A stretch of DNA of 64,000 nt, taken from assembly GCF_015234515.1 (NCBI RefSeq), contig NZ_JADGMY010000023.1:267882-331881 (forward strand), read 5' to 3'. Each line of letters starts with the position of its first letter. The first letter of the stretch is position 1. The notes beneath the pieces were generated by a model, which worked only from the letters and a program-made list of their open reading frames with translations, was not told the origin of the DNA and did not search any database. Below are positions 1 through 9,351 of the stretch, one piece after another. Source of the DNA: Cellulomonas sp. (GTDB lineage: Bacteria; Actinomycetota; Actinomycetes; Actinomycetales; Cellulomonadaceae). The position numbers were made by a program, and so were the translations under genes.

Positions 1-82
1 GCACCGACCGCGGTCGGTGCCCGGACCGGCTGCCGGCGCGACGTGACGCCGACGCCGCCGGGACCTCTGGCAGGCTTGGCGG

Positions 83-1612
83 GTGCCCGAGCTCCCTGCC
101 GAACCGACCGACGCCCCCACCGACCCGCCCGCGGACCGGCCGGACCCGGCGGCCGTGCAGCAGCTGCGCCGCCGCGCGCTGGAGTCCCTCGCCGTCATGG
201 CACCGGACGCGATCGACCTCGGCAAGCGCTTCCGGGCCGCGGGGTACGACCTCGCGCTGGTCGGGGGCCCGGTCCGGGACGCCTTCCTGGGACGGGCCAG
301 CAACGACCTGGACCTGACGACGCCGGCGACGCCCGACCAGGCGGAACCGCTGATCGCGGCGTGGGGTGACGCGCACTGGGACATCGGGCGGGAGTTCGGC
401 ACGGTCGGCGCACGCCGCTTCGCCGGACGCCGCGGGCCCGGCTCGCAGGACGTGGTCGTCGAGGTGACGACCTACCGCACGGACGCGTACGACCCGACGT
501 CGCGCAAGCCGCTCGTGGAGTTCGGGGACACCCTCGAGGGGGACCTGTCGCGCCGCGACTTCACGGTCAACGCGATGGCGGTGCGCGTGCCCGACCTCGT
601 GTTCGTCGACCCGTTCGACGGCCTGGCCGACCTGGCGGCCGGTGTGCTGCGGACCCCGATCGACCCGCGGCGGTCGTTCGACGACGACCCGTTGCGCATG
701 ATGCGCGCCGCGCGGTTCGTCGCCCAGCTGGGCTTCCGCCTCGACGACGACGCCCGCGCCGCGATCGTCGACATGGCCTCGCGCATCGAGATCGTGTCGG
801 CCGAGCGCGTGCGCGACGAGCTGACGAAGCTGCTGCTCGCGCCGCACCCGCGCGCCGGGCTCGAGGTGCTCGTCGAGACGGGTCTGGCCGACCACGTCCT
901 GCCCGAGCTGCCCGCCCTGCGTCTTGAGATCGACGAGCACCACCGCCACAAGGACGTCTACCAGCACACGCTCATGGTGCTGGAGAAGGCGATCGCCCTG
1001 GAGACGGGCCCCGACGGCGAGGTGCCCGGCCCGGACCTGGTGCTGCGCCTGGCCGCCCTGCTGCACGACATCGGCAAGCCCCGCACGAAGCGGTTGGAGG
1101 AGGGCGGCGGCGTCAGCTTCCACCATCACGAGATCGTCGGCGCCAAGCTCGCGTCGAAGCGGCTCAAGGCCCTGCGCTTCGACAAGCAGACCGTGCAGGA
1201 CGTCGCGCGCCTCACCGAGCTGCACCTGCGGTTCCACGGCTACGGCGAGGGTGAGTGGACGGACTCCGCGGTGCGCCGCTACGTCACCGACGCCGGGCCG
1301 CTGCTCGAGCGTCTGCACCGCCTGACCCGCTCGGACTCCACGACGCGCAACCAGCGCAAGGCCGCGCGCCTGAAGGCCGCGTACGACGACCTGGAGAAGC
1401 GCATCGCGACGCTGCGGGAGGCGGAGGAGCTCGCGTCGATCCGCCCGGACCTCGACGGCACGCAGATCATGGAGATCCTCGGCATCGGTCCGGGGCGCGA
1501 CGTCGGTGAGGCGTACCGCCACCTGCTGGAGCTGCGGATGGAGCACGGGCCGCTGGGCGAGGAGCGGGCACGTGCGCTGCTGCTCGAGTGGTGGGCGGCG
1601 CGCGAGGCCTGA
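83..1612 (+). CDS. cca: CCA tRNA nucleotidyltransferase (poly(A) polymerase family, HD domain)
   Basis: LVGGPVRD, DLDLTT, DLSRRDFTVNAMA and DDPLRMMRAARF motifs; LLHDIGKP HD motif; usual actinobacterial position. Confidence 0.95.
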   Translation: MPELPAEPTDAPTDPPADRPDPAAVQQLRRRALESLAVMAPDAIDLGKRFRAAGYDLALVGGPVRDAFLGRASNDLDLTTPATPDQAEPLIAAWGDAHWDIGREFGTVGARRFAGRRGPGSQDVVVEVTTYRTDAYDPTSRKPLVEFGDTLEGDLSRRDFTVNAMAVRVPDLVFVDPFDGLADLAAGVLRTPIDPRRSFDDDPLRMMRAARFVAQLGFRLDDDARAAIVDMASRIEIVSAERVRDELTKLLLAPHPRAGLEVLVETGLADHVLPELPALRLEIDEHHRHKDVYQHTLMVLEKAIALETGPDGEVPGPDLVLRLAALLHDIGKPRTKRLEEGGGVSFHHHEIVGAKLASKRLKALRFDKQTVQDVARLTELHLRFHGYGEGEWTDSAVRRYVTDAGPLLERLHRLTRSDSTTRNQRKAARLKAAYDDLEKRIATLREAEELASIRPDLDGTQIMEILGIGPGRDVGEAYRHLLELRMEHGPLGEERARALLLEWWAAREA

Positions 1613-1644
1613 CAGGGGTGCCCGCGGTGCCGACGGCTCACGAC

Positions 1645-1669
1645 CAACCTCGCGGGGCCCCTCGTCGTT
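1645..1669 (+). promoter_or_regulatory. Putative ECF sigma promoter CAAC-N17-CGTT (module 1)
   Basis: CAAC 1645-1648 and CGTT 1666-1669, 39 nt before the sigma start; the motif recurs before the other three paralogs. Confidence 0.65.
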
Positions 1670-1708
1670 GTTGAGGGTGTGACGACGACCAGCGGGAGGA
1701 CGTGAGCC

Positions 1709-2263
1709 GTGGGACGGCACGACGTGCTCGACGAGCTCGTGCGCGACCGGTACCCGGCGCTGCTGGCGCGCGCCCGGATGCTCACGCAGGACCCGGTCGC
1801 GGCGCAGGACCTCGTGCAGGACGCGCTCGTCGCGACCTTCGCGGGGCGCGCGCGGTTCACGGCCGTGCAGGCAGCCGAGCAGTACGTGCGCCGCGCGCTG
1901 GCCACGCGGTACGTCGACGGTCTACGCCGCCGCAGCCGGGAGCGCGCCGGCGTCGAGCGCCTGGCGGCACTGCCCGCGGACGTCGCCCCGGACCCCGCCG
2001 ACACCCCCACCCGCCTGGCCGACGACGTCGAGGCAGCGCTGGGCACGCTCACGCCGCAGCAGCGCGCGTGCGTCGTGCTCCGGCACGTCGAGGACCTGTC
2101 CGTGCACGAGACCGCCCGGCTCCTGCACCTGTCCGACGGTGCCGTGAAGCGGTACACGTCCGACGCGGTACGCGCCCTGGGCGCGCTGCTGGGAGCCCGT
2201 CCGCCCGTCGACCCGGAGGTGCCCGTGCACCTCGTGCCCACCCCGGAGGACCGCCGTGGCTGA
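1709..2263 (+). CDS. ECF RNA polymerase sigma-70 factor (SigE-family-like), module 1
   Basis: AQDLVQDAL region 2; LTPQQRACVVLRHVEDLSVHETARLLHLSDGAVKRY region 4. Confidence 0.9.
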   Translation: MGRHDVLDELVRDRYPALLARARMLTQDPVAAQDLVQDALVATFAGRARFTAVQAAEQYVRRALATRYVDGLRRRSRERAGVERLAALPADVAPDPADTPTRLADDVEAALGTLTPQQRACVVLRHVEDLSVHETARLLHLSDGAVKRYTSDAVRALGALLGARPPVDPEVPVHLVPTPEDRRG

Positions 2264-3452
2264 GCGACCGCCCGACCTGGCCGACGTGCTGCACGCCGCC
2301 GAGGACCAGCGCACGCGCTTCCTGGCGGGCGCGCCGACCGACGAGGTGCTCGTCCGCACGCACGCCGCGCTGGCGGCCGCGCGCCGGCGACGGACCGCGC
2401 TCGCGGTGACCGGGGCGGCGGCGTGCCTCGCGCTGCTCGCCGCCGCAGTGCTGACGTGGCAGCCGCGGGCCGACGTGCAGCCGGCGGACCCCGACCCGAC
2501 GACGTCGACGGTCGAGGTGCCGGGCGTCGGCCCGCTGCGCCGCGCGACGGAGGACGAGGTGCGCGGTGCGCCGCCGGGCAGTGCGCTCGTGCTGTGGCAG
2601 CAGGCCTCGTACCGCGAGACCGAGCGGATCGGCAGGACACCCGCCGTCGGCGACCTGTGGTTCCTGCTCGTGGACCCCGACGGCACGGTCCTGCAGGTGG
2701 CGCCCGCACCGGTCGGGTACGACGTCCTGCTGTCGTGGGACCGCCCGACGGCGACGGCGGTCATGGCCGCCGACGGGGGCACCGGCTCCTCCGTCGTCGA
2801 CGTGCTCACCGGCCGCGTCGTCGGGGCGTCGGACGAGTGGGCCGGCGAGGCGGCGAGGTCGCCGGACGGCACCCGTGAGGCGCACGTGCTGCACGACTGG
2901 GAGGAGGGGATGCGCCTGGTCGTGGGGCCGGTGGGCGGCGCCGACGTCCGTCTCCCGCTGCCCGCGTCCCACTGCTCCTCGGTCGTGTGGCTCGACGACA
3001 CGCGTCTGGTGCTGTCGTGCGACTGGGAGGGCCCGGCGGACGAGGTCGGCCGGGGCAGCGAGCTGGTGCTCGTCGACGCGGTCACCGGCGCGGAGCTCGA
3101 ACGGGCGGCTCTCCCGCCGGACGCCGCGAACGTGCTCACCGGGCCCCAGCGGCTCGCGGACGGCACCGTGGTCCTGCCGACCACCGTCCGTGACGGTGAC
3201 GTGTGCCGGACGCGCGTCGAGCGGCTCGACGGCCTGGAGCGCGTCCCGCTCGGCGAGGTGCCCGTGGGGAAGCTGACCAGGCTGCTGGCGGGCACCGCCG
3301 ACCGGCTCCTGGCGGCCGGGGCGCCGACCTGCTGGGGGTCCACGAGCATCGGCGTGTGGTCGCTGGACACGGCGACCGGCGACGTCACCGAGGTCCTGCC
3401 ACCCCGCGCGTCCCCCGACGGTCCGCTCGGGATGATCCACTGGGTCGGCTGA
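2256..3452 (+). CDS. Single-pass membrane protein, putative anti-sigma/sensor partner of ECF module 1
   Basis: Overlaps the sigma stop by 8 nt; short N-terminus, RRRR, TM helix, QPADPDPT linker, then an extracytoplasmic domain with C-x4-W..SC. Confidence 0.7.
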   Translation: MAERPPDLADVLHAAEDQRTRFLAGAPTDEVLVRTHAALAAARRRRTALAVTGAAACLALLAAAVLTWQPRADVQPADPDPTTSTVEVPGVGPLRRATEDEVRGAPPGSALVLWQQASYRETERIGRTPAVGDLWFLLVDPDGTVLQVAPAPVGYDVLLSWDRPTATAVMAADGGTGSSVVDVLTGRVVGASDEWAGEAARSPDGTREAHVLHDWEEGMRLVVGPVGGADVRLPLPASHCSSVVWLDDTRLVLSCDWEGPADEVGRGSELVLVDAVTGAELERAALPPDAANVLTGPQRLADGTVVLPTTVRDGDVCRTRVERLDGLERVPLGEVPVGKLTRLLAGTADRLLAAGAPTCWGSTSIGVWSLDTATGDVTEVLPPRASPDGPLGMIHWVG

Positions 3453-3455
3453 GGT

Positions 3456-5192
3456 TCAATCGACCCGCACCACCAGCAGGCACACGTCGTCCTCCTGGTG
3501 CTCGTCGACGAGCGCGGACGTCAGCGCGTCGCACACCTGGGTCGCGCTCGCGTCGTCGGGGACGGACGCGAGTGCGGCGGACAGCGCGGCGATGCCCTCG
3601 CGCAGGCCGCGGTCGCGCCGCTCGACGAGGCCGTCGGAGTACAGGACGAGGAACGCGCCGTGCGGCACGTCGGCGGACTCCTCCGGGACGGTGCCCGGGC
3701 GCACGGGCGGCAGGCCGACGGGTGTGGAGCGGCCGCCGTCGAGCCCGTGGACCTCCCCGCCGGGCAGCCGCACGAGGGCCGGCGGGTGGCCCGCGCTCGC
3801 CCACGTCAGGTGCGCGCCCGTCGTCGTGCGCTCCCAGCGGACCAGCACGCACGTCGCGACGTCGGCGACGTCGAGCGCCCGCACCAGGCCGTCGAGGCGT
3901 TCGAGCGCCTCGCCCGGGCGGTCGCCGCGCCACACCGACGCGCGCAGCAGCGAGCGGAGCTGGCCCATCGACGCCGCGGCCTGCAGGTCGTGGCCGACGA
4001 CGTCGCCGACCGCGAGGCTGACCGCGCCGTCGGGCAGCACGAACGCGTCGAACCAGTCGCCGCCGACCTCGGAGCGGCGGCCCGACGGCAGGTACGACGC
4101 GGCCACGTCGAGGCCGCCGACGTCCCCGAGCACCGGCAGCAGGCTGTGCTGCAGCGTCAGGGCGGCGTCGCGCTCGGCCAGGTACAGGCGCACGTTCTCC
4201 AGCAGCACGCCCGCGCGCCGCCCCAGGTGGGCGGCGGTGACGACGACCTCCCGGTCGAACCCGTCGTGCTCGCGGTGCACCAGGCACAGCACGCCCAGGA
4301 CCCGGTCGCGGCCCGTGAGCGGCACGAGCAGTGCGCTGCCCAGGCCCAGGGTCTCGAGCAGGCGGAGCTCGGTCGGCGTGGTGCGGCCCGGCAGGCTCGC
4401 GACGTCCACCGGCATCGGCATGGGCACGTGGTTCACGCCCGCGGCCAGGGTCTGCGCGACCCGCGGGGACCGTGTCAGCCACGTCGTGCCCTGCGTCCCC
4501 AGCGCGTGCGCCACGGCGGCGTGCGCGGGGTCGGCGGTCACGACGTGCACGCGCTCCATGTGCCCCGTCTCCGAGGCCATCGCGACGAAGCCCCACGTGG
4601 CCAGCCGCGGCACCACCAGGTCGGCGAGCGCGTCGACGGCGTCGCCGTACTCCAGGTGCCGGGACAGCTCCTCACCCATGCGCGCGAGCAGCTCGAGCCG
4701 GTCCGCGGTGCGGTGCATGAGGGACAGCTCGAGCGTGCGCGCGGCCTCGCCGTCCGCCTCGGCCGTGACGTCGACCTGCACGCCGACGCGGTGCGTGACC
4801 TGGCCGTCGGCGTCGCGCAGCTGCGTGATCGCGAGCTGGTTCCAGAACGGTGAGCCGTCCTTGCGGACGTTGAGCAGCACCTCCTGCACGTCGTCCCCCC
4901 GCGCGAGCGCGGTCCGCAGCCGGTGCACGGCCTCGGGATCGGTCTCGTCGCACTGCAGGAACCGGCAGTTGCGGCCGCGGACCTCCTCGGCCGTGTACCC
5001 CGTCAGCACCGTGAAGGCGGTGTTGACCCAGACCAGGGGGTCGTCCGGCTGACGCGGGTCCGACACGGCCATGGCCAGGGGGCCGGCCTCGAGGATCGCG
5101 CGGGCCAGGGGCTCGGCGAGCACGTCCTGGGGGAGGGGGTTCTCGCCGTCGACGGCGCGCGGTGCGTCGTCGGGCGTGACCCTCGCGGTCAT
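3456..5192 (-). CDS. LOV-GAF-SpoIIE (PP2C) phosphatase, putative blue-light sensor
   Basis: GRNCRFLQ LOV motif, RKDGSPFWN and GVQVDVT; GAF segment; EVGGDWFD, VGDVVGHD, SAGHPP and YSDGLVE PP2C motifs; ATG at 5192 overlaps the MFS stop (ATGA). Confidence 0.9.
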   Translation of the reverse strand: MTARVTPDDAPRAVDGENPLPQDVLAEPLARAILEAGPLAMAVSDPRQPDDPLVWVNTAFTVLTGYTAEEVRGRNCRFLQCDETDPEAVHRLRTALARGDDVQEVLLNVRKDGSPFWNQLAITQLRDADGQVTHRVGVQVDVTAEADGEAARTLELSLMHRTADRLELLARMGEELSRHLEYGDAVDALADLVVPRLATWGFVAMASETGHMERVHVVTADPAHAAVAHALGTQGTTWLTRSPRVAQTLAAGVNHVPMPMPVDVASLPGRTTPTELRLLETLGLGSALLVPLTGRDRVLGVLCLVHREHDGFDREVVVTAAHLGRRAGVLLENVRLYLAERDAALTLQHSLLPVLGDVGGLDVAASYLPSGRRSEVGGDWFDAFVLPDGAVSLAVGDVVGHDLQAAASMGQLRSLLRASVWRGDRPGEALERLDGLVRALDVADVATCVLVRWERTTTGAHLTWASAGHPPALVRLPGGEVHGLDGGRSTPVGLPPVRPGTVPEESADVPHGAFLVLYSDGLVERRDRGLREGIAALSAALASVPDDASATQVCDALTSALVDEHQEDDVCLLVVRVD

Positions 5193-6499
5193 GCAGGCAC
5201 CTCGACCGGCGGCGTGCCGACGGGCGTCGGCGTGCGTGGGCTGCGCGCGAACGCCACGGCCCCGGCGAGGTAGACGGCGGCCAGCCCCGCGAACAGCGGG
5301 GGCGACCAGCCGGTGTCGGGCAGCGCCACGGCGGCCAGTGCGGCCGCGCCGACGAACGCGGCGTTGTACAGCACGTCGTACAGCGAGAACGCGCGGCCGC
5401 GGTAGGCGTCGGCGGTGTCGCGCTGGACGATCGTGTCGACCGCGATCTTCGCGCCCTGCGCGGCCAGGCCCAGCGCGCCGCCCGCGGCGAGCACCGCGGC
5501 CAGCGACACCGTCACGACGAGGACCAGCTGGCTCACCACGGCGAGCAGCAGGCACAGCACGATCCACACGTGCGGCCCGACCCGCGGGCTCAGCACGGGC
5601 GTCAGGACGACGGCGAGCGCGAACCCGACGGCGCTCGCGGCGAGCACCGTGCCGAACGTCGCCAGGCCCGCGGCCACGTCCGTGGGGTCGGACAGCAGGT
5701 TGCGGGAGATGAGGATGCTGGCGATGAACACCGCGCCGTAGCAGAACCGGTGCAGCGCCATGATGCCGAGCGCGTACGCGGGCGTGCGACGCGCGACGAG
5801 GTAGCGACCGCCGGCGACGAGACCGCGCGCGAGGTTCCCGAGGGCCTGGCGGACGCGCGAGGTGGGGGTGCGCTCGTCCGGACCGAGCTGGTCCGGTGCC
5901 AGGCGCGTGGCCAGGCCGGACGCGCACGCCATGACGGCGGCCGCGACGACCAGCGAGATCGCGTCCCGCACGCGTCCCGTGGGCAGCAGCAGCCCGAGGA
6001 CGAAGCCGAGGGCGCCCCCCACGCCCGCCGCGGCCGCGCCGAGCGTCGGCGTCAGCGAGTTCGCGGTCAGCAGCAGCGGCCCGTCGACGACCTTCGGCAG
6101 CGACGCGGACAGCGCCGCGAGCAGGAACCGGTTGACCGACAGCGTCACCAGGGCGAGCACGTACACCGCCGGCCCCACGCCGCTGGTCAGCATGATCGCC
6201 GCGATGACGAGCGTGAGGGCGACGCGCACGAGGTTGCCGAACAGCAGCACCTGACGGCGCCGCCAACGGTCCAGCAGCACGCCGGCCCACGGCCCGACGA
6301 TCGTGAACGGCAGCAGCAGGACCGCGAACGCGGCCGCGACCCCCGTCGCCGTGGACGCGTTCTCGGGCGAGAAGAAGAAGAGGGTGGCGAGCCCGATCTG
6401 GAACATCCCGTCCGACGCCTGGCTGACCAGGCGTACGGCGAAGAGCCGGCGGAAGCCGGTGAGGGGCCACAGGGCCCTGAGGTCGGAGATCACCTGCAC
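5189..6499 (-). CDS. MFS transporter
   Basis: About 12 hydrophobic segments; GVLLDRWRRRQVL loop motif. Confidence 0.88.
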   Translation of the reverse strand: MQVISDLRALWPLTGFRRLFAVRLVSQASDGMFQIGLATLFFFSPENASTATGVAAAFAVLLLPFTIVGPWAGVLLDRWRRRQVLLFGNLVRVALTLVIAAIMLTSGVGPAVYVLALVTLSVNRFLLAALSASLPKVVDGPLLLTANSLTPTLGAAAAGVGGALGFVLGLLLPTGRVRDAISLVVAAAVMACASGLATRLAPDQLGPDERTPTSRVRQALGNLARGLVAGGRYLVARRTPAYALGIMALHRFCYGAVFIASILISRNLLSDPTDVAAGLATFGTVLAASAVGFALAVVLTPVLSPRVGPHVWIVLCLLLAVVSQLVLVVTVSLAAVLAAGGALGLAAQGAKIAVDTIVQRDTADAYRGRAFSLYDVLYNAAFVGAAALAAVALPDTGWSPPLFAGLAAVYLAGAVAFARSPRTPTPVGTPPVEVPA

Positions 6500-6544
6500 C
6501 TGGCAAGGTTACGTCCCCGCCCTCGCGGGCGAGGGGGGACCCCC

Positions 6545-6570
6545 CAACCTTCCGGACGTGCTGCTCCGTT
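6545..6570 (+). promoter_or_regulatory. Putative ECF promoter CAAC-N18-CGTT (module 2)
   Basis: CAAC 6545-6548 and CGTT 6567-6570; spacer is 1 nt longer than in the other three copies. Confidence 0.5.
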
Positions 6571-6603
6571 CTCCCGTGGGGCGGGCGACACGAGGAGGAG
6601 CAG

Positions 6604-7181
6604 GTGAGCAGGAGCTGGGAACGGCTGCTCGAGGAGGTCGCGCGGGAGCGGTACGCGCGGCTGCTGGGGCGTGCCGCGCTCCTCGTGCCGACGGGGTCCG
6701 ACGCCGAGGACCTCGTGCAGGACGCGCTCGTGGCGACCTTCACCGGCCGCGCCCGGTTCAGGACCGCGGCCGAGGCCGAGCAGTACGTGCGTCGCGCGAT
6801 TGCCACGCGGTCGGTGGACCGGGCGCGCACGGCGGCGGCGGGCGTGTCGGACTGGGACGCGTCGCGCTGCCCGCGCCGTGCGCCGGCACGTCGGACCCCG
6901 CGCTCCCGGCCGACGGCACGGTCCGGTCGCTCACGGACGGCTGGTCGCCCTCCGACCACGGCACGTCGCTGGGCTTCGCCGGCGGCGCGGTGTGGACCCA
7001 CGTCAACGGGTGCTACCCCGGCAGCGGGCGCGCCGACCCGCAGCGCGACGTCCGCGTCGACCTGGCGACGGGGGAGACGACGACCCTCGCGTGGCTCGAC
7101 GACCGCCGCGACGCCGCCCACGTCGTCGTCGACGAGGACGTGTGGCTGGTGACGCAGGTGCGCCTCACGCACGGGCGCTGA
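6604..7181 (+). pseudogene. Collapsed ECF sigma/partner module: sigma region 2 joined out of frame to the partner C-terminus
   Basis: MSRSWERLLEE...AEDLVQDAL...EQYVRRAIATRSVDRAR has no region 4; from about 6860 another frame reads ...GCYPGSG...RVDLATGETTTLA, like the C-termini of the intact partners. Confidence 0.8.
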
Positions 7182-7210
7182 CCCGGCCGTCCCCCGTTCG
7201 GGCGCGCCCA

Positions 7211-7235
7211 CAACCCCGGGCAGGGCTGCGGCGTT
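7211..7235 (+). promoter_or_regulatory. Putative ECF promoter CAAC-N17-CGTT (module 3)
   Basis: CAAC 7211-7214 and CGTT 7232-7235. Confidence 0.65.
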
Positions 7236-7286
7236 GTAGGCGTGACAGGGTCGGGCGCGGAAGGTGATGACGATGGCGAGGACGAC

Positions 7287-7844
7287 GTGAGCCGGGGGTG
7301 GGCGCCCGCGCTCGACCGGCTCGTGCACGAGCGGTACGGCGGGCTCGTCGCGTACGCGACCGTGCTGGCCGGCGACCGGTCGGTCGCGCAGGACCTCGTG
7401 CACGACGCCCTCGTCAGCACGTTCACCGCGCGGGCGTCGTTCGCCTCCGTCCCGCAGGCCGAGGGGTACGTGCGGCGCGCGATCGCCTCGCGGTTCGTCG
7501 ACCGCGCACGTCGCGGCGGGCGCGAGCGCACCGCCGTGGTGCGGTTGGCGCACGCCACGCCGGAGGCCACCGAGCTCCGCTCGGACCTGCTCGACACCGA
7601 CGTCGCCGAGGCACTGGGCCGCCTGTCCGCCCAGCAGCGCGCGTGCGTCGTGCTGCGCCACCTCGACGACCTCTCCGTGCGGGACACCGCCCGGCTCCTC
7701 GGCATCAGCGAGGGCGCCGTCAAGCGCTACGTCTCCGACGGCGTGGCCACGTTGAACGCGCTGCTCGGCACCAGCACCGCACCGGCAGGCGAGACGCTGC
7801 CCGTGACGCTCGTGGACCGTGAGGAGGCCCGCCGTGACCGATGA
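7287..7844 (+). CDS. ECF sigma factor, module 3
   Basis: AQDLVHDAL; LSAQQRACVVLRHLDDLSVRDTARLLGISEGAVKRY; GTG start chosen by alignment to the paralogs (MSRGW). Confidence 0.9.
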   Translation: MSRGWAPALDRLVHERYGGLVAYATVLAGDRSVAQDLVHDALVSTFTARASFASVPQAEGYVRRAIASRFVDRARRGGRERTAVVRLAHATPEATELRSDLLDTDVAEALGRLSAQQRACVVLRHLDDLSVRDTARLLGISEGAVKRYVSDGVATLNALLGTSTAPAGETLPVTLVDREEARRDR

Positions 7845-9276
7845 CCTGACGGTGCGCCTCGAGCGCGCCCTGAGCACGCAGGAGCAGCACGAGGGCGACC
7901 TGCAGCCCGACGCGGCGGCGCTCGCCGGGATCCGGGCGGCCGTCGCCCGTGGACGCCGTGGCCGCACCACGCAGCACGCGGCCGTCGCGGCAGCGGTCGC
8001 AGCCGTCGTCGGCGTCGCCGGGTGGTTCGGCCTGCAGGAGCGCACCGCGCCGCTGCCGGCCCACACCCCGACGCCGTCGCCGACGGTCACGCCGACGCCG
8101 TCGCCGACTCCCACCCCCACGTCGACGCCCGACGCCCAGGCGTCCGCCCCCGCGCTCGAGCCGGTGTCCCTGCCCGGCATGCCGCCGATGTACCGGGCAC
8201 CGGAGGGGATCCTGGAGCAGGCGGGCCCGGGGTGGTACCTCGTGCGCTACGGCTCGCCCCTGTACGAGCCGGTGCCGGGCGACGGCGAACGGCAGTCGTT
8301 CGTCCTGGCGGCTCCCACCGGTGAGCTGTACCACCTGGTCGACCTCGCCCCGCCCTTCGCCTCGCTCGTCCGGTGGTCCGCCCCGGGTGCCGCGCGCGTC
8401 GTCACCACCGAGGACGGCCGCCCGGGGTCGCACGCGGCGACGGTCGATCTGCTCACGGGGGAGGTCGTCATCGACGACCGGGTGCCGGTGAACACGGAGT
8501 GGGTGGGCATGGCCGGCACCGACGAGATCTGGTTGTCCGCGGCCGCGTGGGACGGGTCGACGGGCGGGACCCTGCACGTCGTGCCCCCGGACGGGCCGAC
8601 CCGCGACCTCGCGACCTCACTGCTTTCGGCGTCCGTCTCACCGGACGGTCGGACCGTCGCGGGCGTCGGTGGCTACGGCGCCGGTCAGCGTGCCGAGGCC
8701 GTCGACCTCGCGACGGGCCGGCTCACGTCGCTGCTGACGCCGCCGGGGCAGGTGTGCACCGTCGTCGCCTGGCTCGACAGCACGGGCGTCATGGCGTCGT
8801 GCGTGGACCGGCACCCGGACGACCACCAGGGGCGCTGGAACATGGACGAGCACGGCGGGCAGCTGGTGCGGGTGGACACCACGGGCGGGCAGGTGCAGGT
8901 GCTCACGACGCTGCGCGCCGACGGCGTCGTGCCCTGGGCGGGGGAGCGTGTCCGTGACGGCGTGGTCGTCGCGACCGCCGCGCCTCTGCTGTCCGGCGCC
9001 ACCGACGACTGCTACGACTTCTGCTACGGCGGGGCGTACCTGTGGTCGGGTGGTGACGTGCGTCCCGTGACCGCGGTGGACCTCGGTGACGACGTCTGCG
9101 AGGTGCGTGCCGGAAGCGACGGCCTGCTGCTGCGCACGGGGTCCCTGTGCTACGAGGAGACGGGCCGCAACCAGTGGTGGCACGTCGACGAGGCCACGGG
9201 TGCCGCGCGGCTCGTCGCGCCCGCCGTGGAATCGGAGCTGGGCATCGGCGCGTTCGCCCTGGTCGAGCACCCCTGA
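7834..9276 (+). CDS. Single-pass membrane putative anti-sigma/sensor, module 3
   Basis: GTG at 7834 after a GAGGAGG RBS overlaps the sigma end; TM helix, PT-repeat linker, VDLLTG/VDLATG repeats, paired Cys. Confidence 0.7.
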   Translation: MTDDLTVRLERALSTQEQHEGDLQPDAAALAGIRAAVARGRRGRTTQHAAVAAAVAAVVGVAGWFGLQERTAPLPAHTPTPSPTVTPTPSPTPTPTSTPDAQASAPALEPVSLPGMPPMYRAPEGILEQAGPGWYLVRYGSPLYEPVPGDGERQSFVLAAPTGELYHLVDLAPPFASLVRWSAPGAARVVTTEDGRPGSHAATVDLLTGEVVIDDRVPVNTEWVGMAGTDEIWLSAAAWDGSTGGTLHVVPPDGPTRDLATSLLSASVSPDGRTVAGVGGYGAGQRAEAVDLATGRLTSLLTPPGQVCTVVAWLDSTGVMASCVDRHPDDHQGRWNMDEHGGQLVRVDTTGGQVQVLTTLRADGVVPWAGERVRDGVVVATAAPLLSGATDDCYDFCYGGAYLWSGGDVRPVTAVDLGDDVCEVRAGSDGLLLRTGSLCYEETGRNQWWHVDEATGAARLVAPAVESELGIGAFALVEHP

Positions 9277-9293
9277 CGTCCCGCTCCGGAACC

Positions 9294-9318
9294 CAACCGG
9301 TCCGGGCCCTCGTGCGTT
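9294..9318 (+). promoter_or_regulatory. Putative ECF promoter CAAC-N17-CGTT (module 4)
   Basis: CAAC 9294-9297 and CGTT 9315-9318. Confidence 0.65.
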
Positions 9319-9351
9319 CTCATCCCCGACGTCGGACGAGGAGGCACACAC

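Noticed and set aside
1702-1709. Alternative GTG (MSRG...) 7 nt before sigma 1, resembling the paralog starts
   Set aside because: Out of frame with the sigma; 1709 has an acceptable RBS spacing, so a frameshift cannot be supported.
8065-8140. CCGACG-type tandem repeats
   Set aside because: Encode an ordinary Pro/Thr linker; similar ones occur at the ponA C-terminus.
5193-8180. Upstream extension of the 1574-aa minus-strand ORF
   Set aside because: Antisense to real ECF genes and out of frame with the MFS gene; the real gene starts at ATG 5192. Long stop-free frames are expected at this GC content.
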